From Octopus vulgaris (Eukaryota): a stretch of DNA of 64,000 nt. Positions within the stretch are counted from its first letter, which is position 1, and every line of letters starts with the position of its first letter. The stretch is from contig OX597817.1 in NCBI GenBank assembly GCA_951406725.2, forward strand, positions 109,554,001-109,618,000, in the 5' to 3' direction. Position numbers and translations under genes: made by a program. A model generated the notes under the pieces. It made no database searches. It was not told the origin of the DNA and worked only from the letters and a program-made list of their open reading frames with translations. Shown here one piece after another: positions 42,708 to 56,419 of the stretch.

Positions 42708-43819
42708 GCTTTGGTACAATGAGTGACGTTATGGTATGGCGTTACCATTTGGAAGATAATTAAGTATTAGCAAGGGAAATTACATTCATCCATTTGCAAG
42801 TAGTGACGTTGCATAGAAGTAGCATTGACATTATAATTAAAATAAATAAATATGTATAATGAGAATAATTGAAGAATTAACAATAATTTTGGAAGCTGCA
42901 TTTCATTTTAGGTATTTGATGGACGGTAGAAACAACAAATATCGAAGGAGTCTCAATCGCTGCTGGATCTCTTACTCTTTGAAAGAAGCAAATAAATAAA
43001 TATATAAAACAACTCTATTTGCTATAATAGATTATTACTTGCGTGCATATGCAACTCTTCGGGTACCCATCAAAAAGCACATGACAAGTTTTATTTCCTA
43101 GAAGAATAAAAGGCTGAAATATCATTAAGTTCCAATTTCACCACACTTTAAACCTCTGTAACTTCCAACGTATCACATCTAACTTTTGTTTATAGCGGCA
43201 GGCTCTACAGATACATGAACAACAAATGGAATATTGCGAAAAATATCAAATAGTGAATGGTGGTACTGTTGGGGAAGGAAAAGGAGACAGAAAGAAAGAA
43301 AAGTAAAACTGATGTTATTTACGAGTAATGGAAAAAGTTGTTTGTATTTTGTTTTGATTTTTTGGATTTTCTTTTTGATTTGTTGTTGTTGTTTTTTAAT
43401 AAGTAATGCAAGATGGACGGAAGAACACGCACCAAAAATGTGAAAAATATATCTATAGAAACCAATAGTGAACATAACATGACTATATGATTTTGTCTGT
43501 GTATGCACAGTTTTGCAGAGAAGGAAGCCATAATAAAAAAAAAGATATAAATATGTAGTTGAGTGCATATTTTTTAAGATGGGTACTTTTCGTTCCTGCA
43601 AAGTGAGATATATTGGAATATGCATACAAATTGATCGTAGGTAAAATTTAACCTAAGTACATACTCATATATTGGATATTACAAAGAAAAATATACGTAT
43701 ACAAATACATATATGTAAACGCGTATGCAACACGTTTATTATATAAGTGGGAGAAATATTTCGTTCTTTGTGATTTATACTATCCGGGCTACATTCATAC
43801 TTAATTATACATACATACA

Positions 43820-43873
<54 letters not shown>

Positions 43874-46634
43874 AATTTATATATATATATATGTATGTAT
43901 GTATTTATGTATACGTATGCAGAGAGGAGAGAGCGGTGATAGAGATCAGTCGCATACATGGTTAGACAGAAATATGATATACATTATATATATATATATA
44001 TAACGATAGATAGATAGATGCCCCCCACATATATATACATATGCCTATACATATATACATATCCATACTTACATGTGTGTGTGTGTACGCGTGTATATAT
44101 GTGTGTGTGTAAGTGTTGTGTAAATGATCTTAAGCGTTCAAAAACATTTAGAGTGCTTGATACACACAAGGATTTCAAGTATGTAATTCTGGAAATACCT
44201 CAGGGAACAGAAAGTGAAACTAGATTGTTAATGTATATTACTGTTTAATACTGAATTCCTGAAATCAATGCAGAATTTTGTCTTTCATCCTTTAAAAATA
44301 TTGCCTTTTGCAAAGTTGAAAGAAAGGTTGACCAATGAATGATAATACGTTCCGTAACTCATCATACTTTGTTGCCAACTATCAAATTGTCTAATCGCCT
44401 ACATGTAACCAACGAATACCGTTGCTAAGTGATGAGCAGTAATTTGAGAAAATCGATAAAATGTTGGGCTTAAATGGTTTATAGAATAAGTAGAAATAAA
44501 TACCAGAAATACATTGAGATCACATCAACTGACTCTAATTCATCCCAGAAATATTCGAAGAATAAAATGATCTGCCTGCCACACATCAAGACCGCGATGA
44601 AAGAGATAACTAAACATACCTCTACATCTTACCAAGACCCATTACCCCAGCTTCTCATTCGGAAAGGTCAAACGCTCAAAAACCGCCTCAGCTCTTACGG
44701 AGAATTTATTCATTGTTATGATCCTGCGTTTGAGAATTTAAAATCACTTCTTTAACTTTCTAAGACATCCCAACGTTCTAAAGCAAACTTCGTTTGTTTG
44801 TTTACGTTCATCGTAATTTGAATTGAGTAAAGATGACTATTTTCAAACAACAATTCCTTCAACACCATCCAACAAATACTCAGTACATCATTGCTTTAAA
44901 GGTATCTTCTTTCAGCAATTAGATGTACTGATTGAAAGATTGGTGGATATTTCTTTGCGTTGGCCGTCGATAGCACATGTGAGACCTGTAGCACTACGAC
45001 AAGCCGTCTCTACAATTAGACCGGGGCGACATACAAAGGTTCATCTGGAAATTGCCAGGATGAAGCTAAAGTGTATTCATAACTCCACCTCCCAACATAA
45101 CTCACCTTCTCAGTTGCAAATAACTTAGTTTTACATATGGTTTTCAAAACACCCTTGCAATCACTATCGGGTATTCGACACCAGTAATATTCCAGAAAAT
45201 TTCTCGGTGCCCCATTTGGTTTTCCTCAGAATAGATTTTGTTAAGGCTTACAATAAGATAACATTTCAAATCGGTAATCGCAACACCATTTATACTCAAC
45301 GAATTTGAATAAAAGCTTGTTTTCCTCCATGACGTAGGACAGGAAGTCTAGAGTTAAAATAGCAGCTTCACCCTGGATTACTTGCCTATATCTATCTCCA
45401 CGAATTACTACCTACCATATCTTATTATGGATGTGGTTATATGCGCTCCTAGTATACCAGGAAGCCCGATGTTATTCCACAAACCCTCTTCACAGCTAAA
45501 ATGGTTACTGGGGACCTTTCCCAGCAAATGATAACAAGCAGCAATTTCAGTCCAATCTTTCGGCGGCACTGACACTATTATTAGGCTTGCAATCAACCCG
45601 TATTATCGTTTACCATCCAGCTTCTAACAGCTTCATGACACATTTCCACCATCAATTCAAGTTACCAATGAAAGCCAGACATAAATTTGTTATATGTTAC
45701 TAGGCATATGAAGGTTGGAATTAAAGGTATTAGTAATACCTTCTCAGGAAAAATGGCTTAATTTACCTGCATTACTTCAGTAGTTTATCTATTCAACTAT
45801 ATTCACTAACTACCTCAATATACGGCCTGTACTCAACCACTTATATCTAGAAGGCTAGTAAAGAAGGTATTTTAAAATGTCAAGTGTTATTCCGTCAGTT
45901 TTGATTATGATGGAATGAATTTACAATTTGTTTTGCATCCAATATACAATATCTTTTGCCTATTGATCACAATATATATCTTAATCTTCAAGTAAAACAT
46001 CGAGCAATTTCATATCTTGTTTTAGAATCTCGGCTTTAGGAATTTAAATTTAGATAGACTACAAATTTTCTTAGGCAAGCGATAACCGTCAAGTTCTGTC
46101 CCCTTAATTATTTATTTTTCGTCCTTGCAAATTAACCATTGAGCAAAGAAAATTATCATTAATGAGGTACCCAAGGACCGTTTGAATTCGTATCGGATTT
46201 CACTGTTGTACATAGTCATGAAAATCATGTGACTTGTTTGGTTTTATCTTTGTTTTTGTTTTTTATGAAATAATAGCTGTTGGCATTCACTATCGTCATC
46301 GTCAACGAGAGTTATCATTTATTCCATCACCACCGGTTATTTGCTTATTATTTTTATACAATTCCATGGCACTTTTTAAATACCATTTTTAATATGATAA
46401 CAACATTTTAATAATTATGCTTCAGAAAGACTTAGGTAGAACATGATGAATGAGTTGAGCTGCTTAACTGACGCATATCATTTTCAAAGCCTTCCATCTG
46501 ATAATATAACACATAGAACCCAAACGAGGACCTGCATGTGGTCGTTAAACCTGCTACAATGAACAACCAATCTACCTTAACATTACTGTCGTAAGCAAAG
46601 ACGGATAGGGTAATCTTTCACATATTATAGTATA

Positions 46635-47012
46635 GGTGTAGGAGTGGCTGTGTGGTAAATAGCTTGCTTACCAAACCACATGGTTCCGGGTTCAGTCCCA
46701 CTGCGTGGCACCTTGGGCAAGTGTCTTCCACTATAGCCTCAGGCCGACCAAAGGTTTGTGAGTGGATTTGGCTGACCGTCGTATATATGTATATATATAT
46801 ATGTATGTGTGTGTATATGTATATGTTTGTATGTCTGTGTTTGACAACCGATGCTAGTGTGTTTACGTACCCGTAACTTAGCGGTTCGGCAAAAGAGACT
46901 AGAATAAGTACTAGGCTAACAAAGAATAAGTCCTGGGGTCGATTTGCTCGACTCAAGGCGGTGGTCCAGCATGGCCACAGTCAAATGACTGAAACAAGTA
47001 AAAGGGTAAAGA
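46635..47012 (+). mobile_element. SINE family A, full-length (tRNA head, CORE-like box, internal microsatellite, tail)
   Basis: A box TGGCTGTGTGGT, B box GGTTCAGTCCC, CCTTGGGCAAG, and a tail ending AAATGACTGAAACAAGTAAAAG. Confidence 0.9.
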
Positions 47013-47235
47013 GTAAAATAGAGTAACGGCTTGAATGTTTTTGATTATAAGGATAGCCATACAGCGCTGATTGCAGCTAAGCAACAACATAGAGAGAAAT
47101 ATGCATTGAAAGATATTAAAATAACAGTTGTTATTAAAACTACAAAAGACTTTAAACAATGAAAACATAAATTTACATATTCAATATTTCCAGAAGTGAT
47201 TATTTTATGTAGTTCACTTTCAACAAGGAAAGAGC

Positions 47236-47311
<76 letters not shown>

Positions 47312-47464
47312 CATATATGTATGTATTCCTTTATTCATGTATGCATGAATGTATGTGTGTGCGGAATATATATATATATATATATTGCATATATATATAG
47401 TGTATATATATATGTGTGTGTGTGTGTTGTTATGTAAATATATGTGTGTGTGTGTGTATGTAAA

Positions 47465-47865
47465 TTCTTTTACCGTACTTGTTTCAATTATTTGCCCGCG
47501 GCCATACTGGACCACCGCCTTGAGGGATTTTCGTCGGACAAATCTACCCCAGGACTTATCTTTAAGGCTCGTACTTGTTGTATCAGTTTATTTTGCTGAA
47601 CCGCTAAGTTACGGGGGCGTTAACACACTAATACCGGTTGTCAAGTGTTAATGGTGGGGGGGGGGGCGGTCTAAACACAGACACAAAGTCAAACAGACAT
47701 ATATATATACGACGGGTTTCTTTCAGTTTCTGTCTACTAAATCAGCTCATGAGGCTTTGGTCGGCCTGAGGATTTCGTAGAAGACACTGGTCCTAGGTGC
47801 TGCGCAGTGGGACTGAACTCGGAACTATGCGGTTGGGAAACAAGCTTCTTATCACACAGTCTCGA
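47465..47865 (-). mobile_element. SINE family A, full-length, inverted relative to 46635-47012
   Basis: TACTTGTTTCA...GCGGCCATACTGGACCACCGCC...GAACCGCTAAGTTACGGG...GCAGTGGGACTGAAC. Confidence 0.85.
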
Positions 47866-47875
47866 TTGCTTTTAA

Positions 47876-47936
<61 letters not shown>

Positions 47937-48529
47937 AACACACACACACATACTGCATAGCTTCGTGTCATCGCGAATCAAGGACAATTTGATTAAAGTA
48001 TTCCAGGTATGGCTACATAGAGGATCTTTCGTCAGCTTGTCGTACAGTATATAGGACAATATACAGATATGATGTGTGACGTGTTTTTAATCAGATATGA
48101 TACAAGGTTTATGTCAGCCACGTTGACAACAATGACGACAACGCAATGATGATGATGATGATCGCATCATTATCATCATTATTATAGTCGCAATATCCTT
48201 CATGGGGACTATAAAAAACGCCGTCTATGTTGGTGAAGCAATGATTCCACCGAAAACAGTGAAATATATTAAAAATAGAATCAGGGAAGGTAAATGAAAA
48301 AAAAAATGCGTGCGGTTCATATATTCACAAAATGCATGCGTGTGTGACGGATATGTCAAAAGAAATATGAAAACCGAACGAATTAGTGTATTATGTCAAG
48401 GTGAATACATATTTCTTTTTAAATCGTGTATGTAATAGTAACGAGAAGTATGTGGATATCAATGCGGAATATGAGAAGAAACGCATCAAGAAATAAGTGG
48501 AAGCGGGAACGTATAGTTAGTAGGGAAGG

Positions 48530-48915
48530 TGAGTAATGTTCGCAACACTATCGAATAGACTAGTGTGGGTGGAATTGCCACCTACTGAGAATGTACTTGT
48601 CAAAATAAGGGCACCATATAAAACAAACTGCTTTTGTGTTTAAATAATTCTTTGAGGTCCATGAGGACATGCACATTTTTGCCTGTACAAGAATGACAAT
48701 TTTTTCAAATAATACAGTGGAGTGAGAGTCCATTGTGAGTACTGACGTTGATTAATGTTTGCAACACTATGGAATAGCTTCATATGGGTGGGACTTCCAC
48801 TGATTTCTACTGCTTGTCAGAGTGAGGGCACTACGCAAAATAAACTTCTTCATTGAGATATCCAAGTTCATGAAGTTATGCACTTTTCACCTGTACATAG
48901 ATGACAACTCTTGGT
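48530..48915 (+). repeat. Diverged two-copy direct repeat, period about 220 bp
   Basis: GCAACACTAT.GAATAG..TGGGTGG..CTTGTCA..AGGGCAC..CATGA..ATGCAC..CCTGTACA..ATGACAA starts at about 48542 and again at about 48761. Confidence 0.8.
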
Positions 48916-49318
48916 CTTGTTTCTTTATAACCTACTTCGATCTAAAGTCTTCCAGCTGATGTTAAAGGCAGTATTGTACTCATTCAGCTTCCCTAGTGTT
49001 AGATTACCTGGAGTGTAATGGTTGGTTAAAGATGCTTCAACTTCACAAAATCGACCCAAAGTTTCATACCCGCTGCAGTACACATGTCCAAGCATTCCTA
49101 TAGTGATACAGTACATTTAAAAGGCTTATGAGTGATCTTCATATTGCTGGTGTTGATGTAGATGACTTTAAAAGGATTTCTTTTGGAGATCTTGCTACTG
49201 CGATTATTGTCTGTGTTTACAAAATAACTGCCTACAAAATTTACGTTCTTTATATTTGCCTTACTCGTATTAGTGAAGCACAATCTGAACCAGACCTATA
49301 TATATATACATATGTATG

Positions 49319-49385
<67 letters not shown>

Positions 49386-50098
49386 GCACATATATATATA
49401 TATATATGCACATATATATAGAAGAGAGAGGGGGAGAGAGAGGGAAAAGAGAGGGAGAGATAGAGGGAAGAGAGAGACAAACAGGCTGACGGAATGATAC
49501 ATATGCATAAGCATGTATATATATATATATGCGTGTGTACGTGATTGTGTGTGTGCGTGTGTGTGTGCGAGTATCTGTGTTTGTGCATGTCTGTGTGTGT
49601 GTGTGGATATATATATATATAAAATGACAAAGAACAGATATATTTTTTACATGATGAATAATTAAAACCAAGAGATACAGGAAAAAGTTTAAGGCAGTAT
49701 CGAGATTAAAGAAAAACTATCTTACTTATTCATTTATCTGCTTTTTTTGTAACCATTCTTAGGATTTCATTGATATTTTCAGAAGCACGTGTACAAAACT
49801 AGGAATATATATAACGGAGGTGAGAAAAATAACAAAAACAAAGTAATAAAAAATGTTCCAAGTTGTTTTTCTGAAGAAACTAGGTCAAATTTCGGTTCGG
49901 TACATGGTGTTTCTCATACACAATGGTGGAAAGCTTTTAGAGAGCAAAATGTTCTTATACACACACGCACAGAAACACACATACACAGGGATACACCCGC
50001 ACACACGCACACACCCACTCTCACTCACGCCGCACACGTATCCATATATTTGTATCGTGGAATGCAAATACAGGTACGTATAAATGTATGTATGTATG

Positions 50099-50166
<68 letters not shown>

Positions 50167-51846
50167 ATATATGATTATTTATAAATGCATATATGTACAT
50201 ATACCAATGCATATATATGTATCTATATATGTATGTATACAAACATAGGCACAAATGCATATACGTGTATATGATTATGACAGAACAGTGGAATAGAGAT
50301 GAAACAATGACAGTGGGGGAAAAAGATACAGGAAGAAGTAAAATAAAAATGAGGTGTTTATCTACTGGGACTGGGATATCAAAACGAGCAAATTTAAAAT
50401 ATTAAGATGAATACAGATTCGTTTAAGGATTTTTTGGGGGTTTTTTTAAACTGGTTGGAGTAAAATTAGTTAAGTGTATTGTCTTTACAAAAACGGCTCG
50501 CTAATTAAATCTAGAAAATAAAACGTCGCATTTAACAGAGTAAGCCTGAGCTAATAAAACTGTTTAAGCGAACGTATATAATTTTTAGATGTTGAAAGAT
50601 GGAGAAGAAAAAGGGAGTAGAATAGTACTAAGAGAGAAAATATATAGACTGTTAATGAAGGGAAAGAATGGAAATGGGAATTGACTGCATTGAAGCAGAT
50701 AGGCCCATTAAAAAGGATGAATTTCAAGTATTGAATTTCAGTTGGCTCAAGCATTTCGAAAACTGTTATTTTGAAAGACATAAGTTAATTAAAGGTTAAA
50801 CTTTCGTTGGTTAATGTGTTTGTTGGACGATGTAACTTGTGGGGGTTTTTAAATATTTGAGTCACTTGAAACGTTTAAGAGAAGTATGTAACCTCAATCC
50901 ACTTAAGCAATAAAGAGATCGAAAAATATTGTCTTAAGATTCAAAAATTCTGAGTAACCATGACTTCGTTGAATAAGGTAAAGTTTAGAATCAATTTTTT
51001 TTTTATCCATATAACGTCGTAGATAGTGCTATTGCGTACAAGTTTCTAAACAAGCATTTGTCCTTAATAACGAATAGTGTACCCATGTTGAATGCGGCAG
51101 AATTTGGGAAAATTAGAACTTAATCCAAAGATTTATGGTCTATAACTAGTGTTTGTTTTAACCTACCTCAGTAAAGAAGCACTTCAAAATACATCTACTG
51201 ACTAAATGATATTATTTCTGGTAAAATCCATTGGAAGATTTTAAACCCTGGATTGAGAAATAAATACAAAATCCACGTTAGATAAAGATTATGGGACGTT
51301 AGCCACCACAGAATAAGGAAATCTATAGAATTTTTATTGAAAGAGGGAGGTTGTTTTGTAAAAGGTTTGGCCTGGGGAAAGAAACTTACTGGCGATAAAG
51401 AAGATTGAACTACATAATCTTTCTTAGTGATAGCGCAAAATATTATTTAGATATTATACCACCTTAGAGCATCAGCTTAGTTCTAGTGTATCGTTTTTAA
51501 AGCGTGCAGTTATTTATGAAAAATCTCTGTTTATTGGTAGGTAATATTTCATATAGAGAGTTTTACGGTTTAACAAAAGGCTTCTCTCCCTTTCTGCTGA
51601 TACTGTTAAAACTGGTTATTTTACTTGTGAATAGAATAAAGAAATACATGCTTTCCGCCAGAGACATAATTTTATTTACATTGCGTTCAATATACATACA
51701 TGCATGCACCCCCACACACATATAAATATTTACATATAATAGATATACAATGAACAAAAGTAAACAAACAGAACGATATGAAAATATCACCAACACTCAG
51801 TAATAGTTCTCGCCTGAACATCGCAGCTGCGAAAAAGTTGTGCCGC

Positions 51847-51905
<59 letters not shown>

Positions 51906-51951
51906 CAATTTTACCAACATGCAAAGGACATTTAAGGCGAATTCAAATTAT

Positions 51952-51999
<48 letters not shown>

Positions 52000-52005
52000 G
52001 CTTTT

Positions 52006-52049
<44 letters not shown>

Positions 52050-52413
52050 TATAGTATGTATGTGTAGGTAGATATAAATACATACATAGATACACACACA
52101 AAAACACACATGATTGCACACACACTCAGATATATATATATGTATATACTGTACTACTTTATGTACGAGTGCTTTTTTGCTTCTCACACGCAAATTTTAA
52201 GACAACTATGTGTGTGAGTGTGTCTGTACATATATTTACATAGTTCATTATTATTATTGTTATTATTATTATTATTGTTATCATTATTATCATTGTCATC
52301 TACAGGAATGCATATAAACGCATAATAGAGCGAGTATACACACAAACATACACATGTAAATATATATATGTGTGTATACACACACACACATGTATATATA
52401 TACATATATATAT

Positions 52414-52512
<99 letters not shown>

Positions 52513-52593
52513 TATATACATATATATACATATATATATACATATATATATACATATATATATACATATACATATATATATATATACATATAC

Positions 52594-52642
<49 letters not shown>

Positions 52643-52818
52643 ATTAATTAATAAGGGTGAGAGAATTAGATACTAATTTAATAGTATATTTATTCAACAC
52701 CAAGTGGCCTAGTGCTGGTTGAAACCTTTTGGATTAACTGGTGCTAGAGTGAGAAATATAGTGACCACTCTCTTATATTTATTATCATATATATATATAT
52801 ATATATACATATATATAC

Positions 52819-52931
<113 letters not shown>

Positions 52932-52940
52932 CATATATAT

Positions 52941-53000
<60 letters not shown>

Positions 53001-53558
53001 CAACTCATTATCTCATTTCCTCATAATGTTTGTTTATTTAGAACGAACAAATGTTTAAGAACACAATAAAAACACACTAAATTTGGTCTTTAGTTCATTA
53101 ATAACTTAATTGACTTAAGCCATTGTGGTTTTTTCATGTTCTTTTATGCTGGGGTTTTTTTTCATTTGACCGATATTTACATTGCGTTTATGTTGCGTGG
53201 TAGTTCATTGATGATGACATCTTCATTGTCCGACTTACGGTAATGTGATAATTATTTGGTTTTGGTGATTTCTTTCATATATTACGACCTTGGATTTATT
53301 TATTACTAAACTTGTACGTCTATATTGTAACTTTCAAAAGATAGTGTCTACTTTCAATGCCTTTAGTAACCTATTCTTTATAGCTTTTAAGAGTTTCCAG
53401 CGTAGTAGTTCATCATCCTTTGAGAAAACTCTTAGATGACGAAGCAACACAATTCAATTGCAAAGATTTTCGCATAGCTATTATATTCTAAACTACTTTT
53501 GATGTTGATTCTTTTAGCCTTCTAACCTTAAATTCCTCTACTTAACCCTCACCCACTA

Positions 53559-53622
<64 letters not shown>

Positions 53623-53953
53623 CTTCATATATATATATATATATATATATATAGAAACAGAGAGAGAGAGAGTAATGTGTATATATGCACACTAACATAT
53701 CTATATTTATGTATGTATACACATATATACGTATGTACATTAATATATATACATTTATTTATATATATATATGTATACACATATAAATACATATATATAT
53801 ATATATATATATACATATAAATACATATATATATATATACACATATATTAGACATATACATATACATATATATATACATATATATATTTATACACATATA
53901 TCTATACATATATATACATATATATATACACATATACATACACATATACATAC

Positions 53954-54017
<64 letters not shown>

Positions 54018-54107
54018 ACATATATATATAACATATATACACATATATATATACATATATGTACATACATATATTGTTCTCTCTCTCTGTCTTTCCATAT
54101 ATATATA

Positions 54108-54270
54108 GTGGGGAATACACAAAAAATAAAGGACGAGGACATGTAGTGTAGATAACAAACAGATGTATAAGTTTAACGCTCGGGAAGTGAAAAGGTCTTT
54201 TACGTTTCGAGCCTACGCTCTTTCACTGAAAGGAACACAGAAAGAAACAGGGAGAGAAAATGAAGAATAT
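54108..54270 (-). mobile_element. Short TA-embedded element with a minimal HHR-like motif (54196-54233)
   Basis: Minus strand: CTTT-CAGTGAAA-GAGC(GTAG)GCTC-GAAA-CG-TA-AAAG. Stems I and II and GAAA-palindrome-UA are intact; the first core box is degenerate. Confidence 0.55.
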
Positions 54271-54352
54271 TTTGTGGCTAGAAAGAGAGAGCTTCCTTGC
54301 AACAGGCAAATTCCAAGAACTATCTCTCTGACCTCGCATGTATGTATATATG

Positions 54353-54428
<76 letters not shown>

Positions 54429-54461
54429 CATACACATACATATATATATATATATATGCAT

Positions 54462-54516
<55 letters not shown>

Positions 54517-54525
54517 CAGATACGT

Positions 54526-54607
<82 letters not shown>

Positions 54608-54613
<6 letters not shown>

Positions 54614-54801
54614 GAAAGAATGGAGTTGAACAACGATTTAACAAAATTCCTTTATTCTCGACATATGTTTCGAAGACTACATATTCCTAATTCCGAAGGA
54701 ATAAAGGGTGCATTATGCCGCCTTCTCATTAGGAAAGACAAGGAACTTATGTCAGCATAAATCGTCAGTTAAATCGTCGTTCAACTCCATTCTTTCATTT
54801 A
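54608..54801. mobile_element. Fold-back cassette: 34-bp inverted repeats enclosing a hammerhead
   Basis: TAAATGAAAGAATGGAGTTGAACAACGATTTAAC vs 54768-54801, one mismatch. Abuts (TA)n. Confidence 0.85.
54655..54736 (-). ncRNA. Hammerhead ribozyme motif (core CUAAUGA)
   Basis: Minus strand: TTTC-CTAATGA-GAAGGCGGCATA...TATGTAGTCTTC-GAAA-CATATG-TC-GAGA, then AATAAA. Confidence 0.8.
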
Positions 54802-54952
54802 TTTATAGTAAAAAAAAACACACAACTTTCCACACGAAAGCACATGATCTCTGCCCTTGGCAATTAGCTTCAACCGTGTTTTCTGACGTGAATTTGCTAC
54901 CCGGGTATCGGTTAACCGAATTATCCATACTAGGATAATTCATTCAACTACT

Positions 54953-55012
<60 letters not shown>

Positions 55013-55373
55013 TATAGATATACTCAATGTTCAACTTTTTAGAATTAATTGATATGCGTGTATTCTATATATTTAATCTTATATCTCACATTCTGTATTT
55101 GACATATACTTGATTTTACATGTTTGATATATACATACTAATTCATATTTATAATGTATAATTTAAAAATTTTAATTCTTAATATTATAAAGTATAATTT
55201 TTATTCTTAATTTTTTATTCTTAATTTCTTATTCGTAATTTTCAATCTTTAATGCTTAATTGTATTGCTTATTTTGAAAGGGTTGTAAAATTAGATATAT
55301 GATATTTTGAAATATAACCTAAAGAGCTGTTGGGACAATTGTAAATCTGATGATTGCGTATATGTATATATAT

Positions 55374-55452
<79 letters not shown>

Positions 55453-55455
55453 TAG

Positions 55456-55489
<34 letters not shown>

Positions 55490-55573
55490 GTAGGTCCCGG
55501 GTTGATTCGGGGTTAACCACAGTAAGTAAGGTACTCAATACATAGCAGAGTAAAATTAATTTATTATATAGAA

Positions 55574-55627
55574 GGAGCTTTACAGGACTAGTACTGTTTC
55601 ATTCAAGAGAAATCTTCACGAAGCTCC
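55574..55627 (-). ncRNA. Hammerhead ribozyme motif, left twin (core GUGAAGA)
   Basis: Minus strand: GGAGCTTC-GTGAAGA-TTTCTCTTGAAT-GAAA-CAG(TACTAGTC)CTG-TA-AAGCTCC, then AATAAA and a tail to 55490. Confidence 0.75.
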
Positions 55628-55636
55628 TGAAGATTT

Positions 55637-55687
55637 CTTCCTGAAGATTTCTCTTGAATGAAACAGTACTAGTCCTGTAGAAGCTCC
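55637..55687 (+). ncRNA. Type I hammerhead ribozyme motif, right twin (intact core boxes)
   Basis: CTTC-CTGAAGA-TTTC(TCTT)GAAT-GAAA-CAG(TACTAGTC)CTG-TA-GAAG. Predicted cleavage after GUA at 55679; AATAAA at 55696. Confidence 0.8.
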
Positions 55688-55696
55688 TTCTATATA

Positions 55697-55757
<61 letters not shown>

Positions 55758-55799
55758 TATGCAATTGTGTATATGCATATATATTGTAATCTTCCAATA

Positions 55800-55833
55800 C
55801 TGAAACACGTGTAGGTCCTTCATATTTAATAAA
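55800..55833 (+). ncRNA. 3' half of a hammerhead motif (5'-truncated at TA tract)
   Basis: CT-GAAA-CACGTG-TA-GGTCC...AATAAA, the same CACGTG-TA as the 16991 motif. Confidence 0.45.
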
Positions 55834-56180
55834 TATAAGTATTAACTAAAGTATGATATAATTAATGAAGTACATTATATAGCTGGTAATTTAGGTAATA
55901 TTCTTTAAGTGTAATTTTGTGATGTGCAAACTGATACCATGAGTTTACTATCAGATATACCCATTAGGTTCTTTTCGTATTATCTGAAGTAGAATACCCG
56001 CATATCGATTAATCCCCAAAAATTGAATATAGACTTTTATCAGATATTGTATATATTTATAGATAGATATATAAATATAAATATACGATAAATAACGCCC
56101 CAAAGTACGATAGGTAGATGCATATAACGCTGTAATTACACCTGATTCATTTGGAAATTTGTTTTCCCAAATTATATATC

Positions 56181-56239
<59 letters not shown>

Positions 56240-56243
56240 GTAT

Positions 56244-56302
<59 letters not shown>

Positions 56303-56333
56303 TACAAACACACATACACACACACATATATAT

Positions 56334-56419
<86 letters not shown>

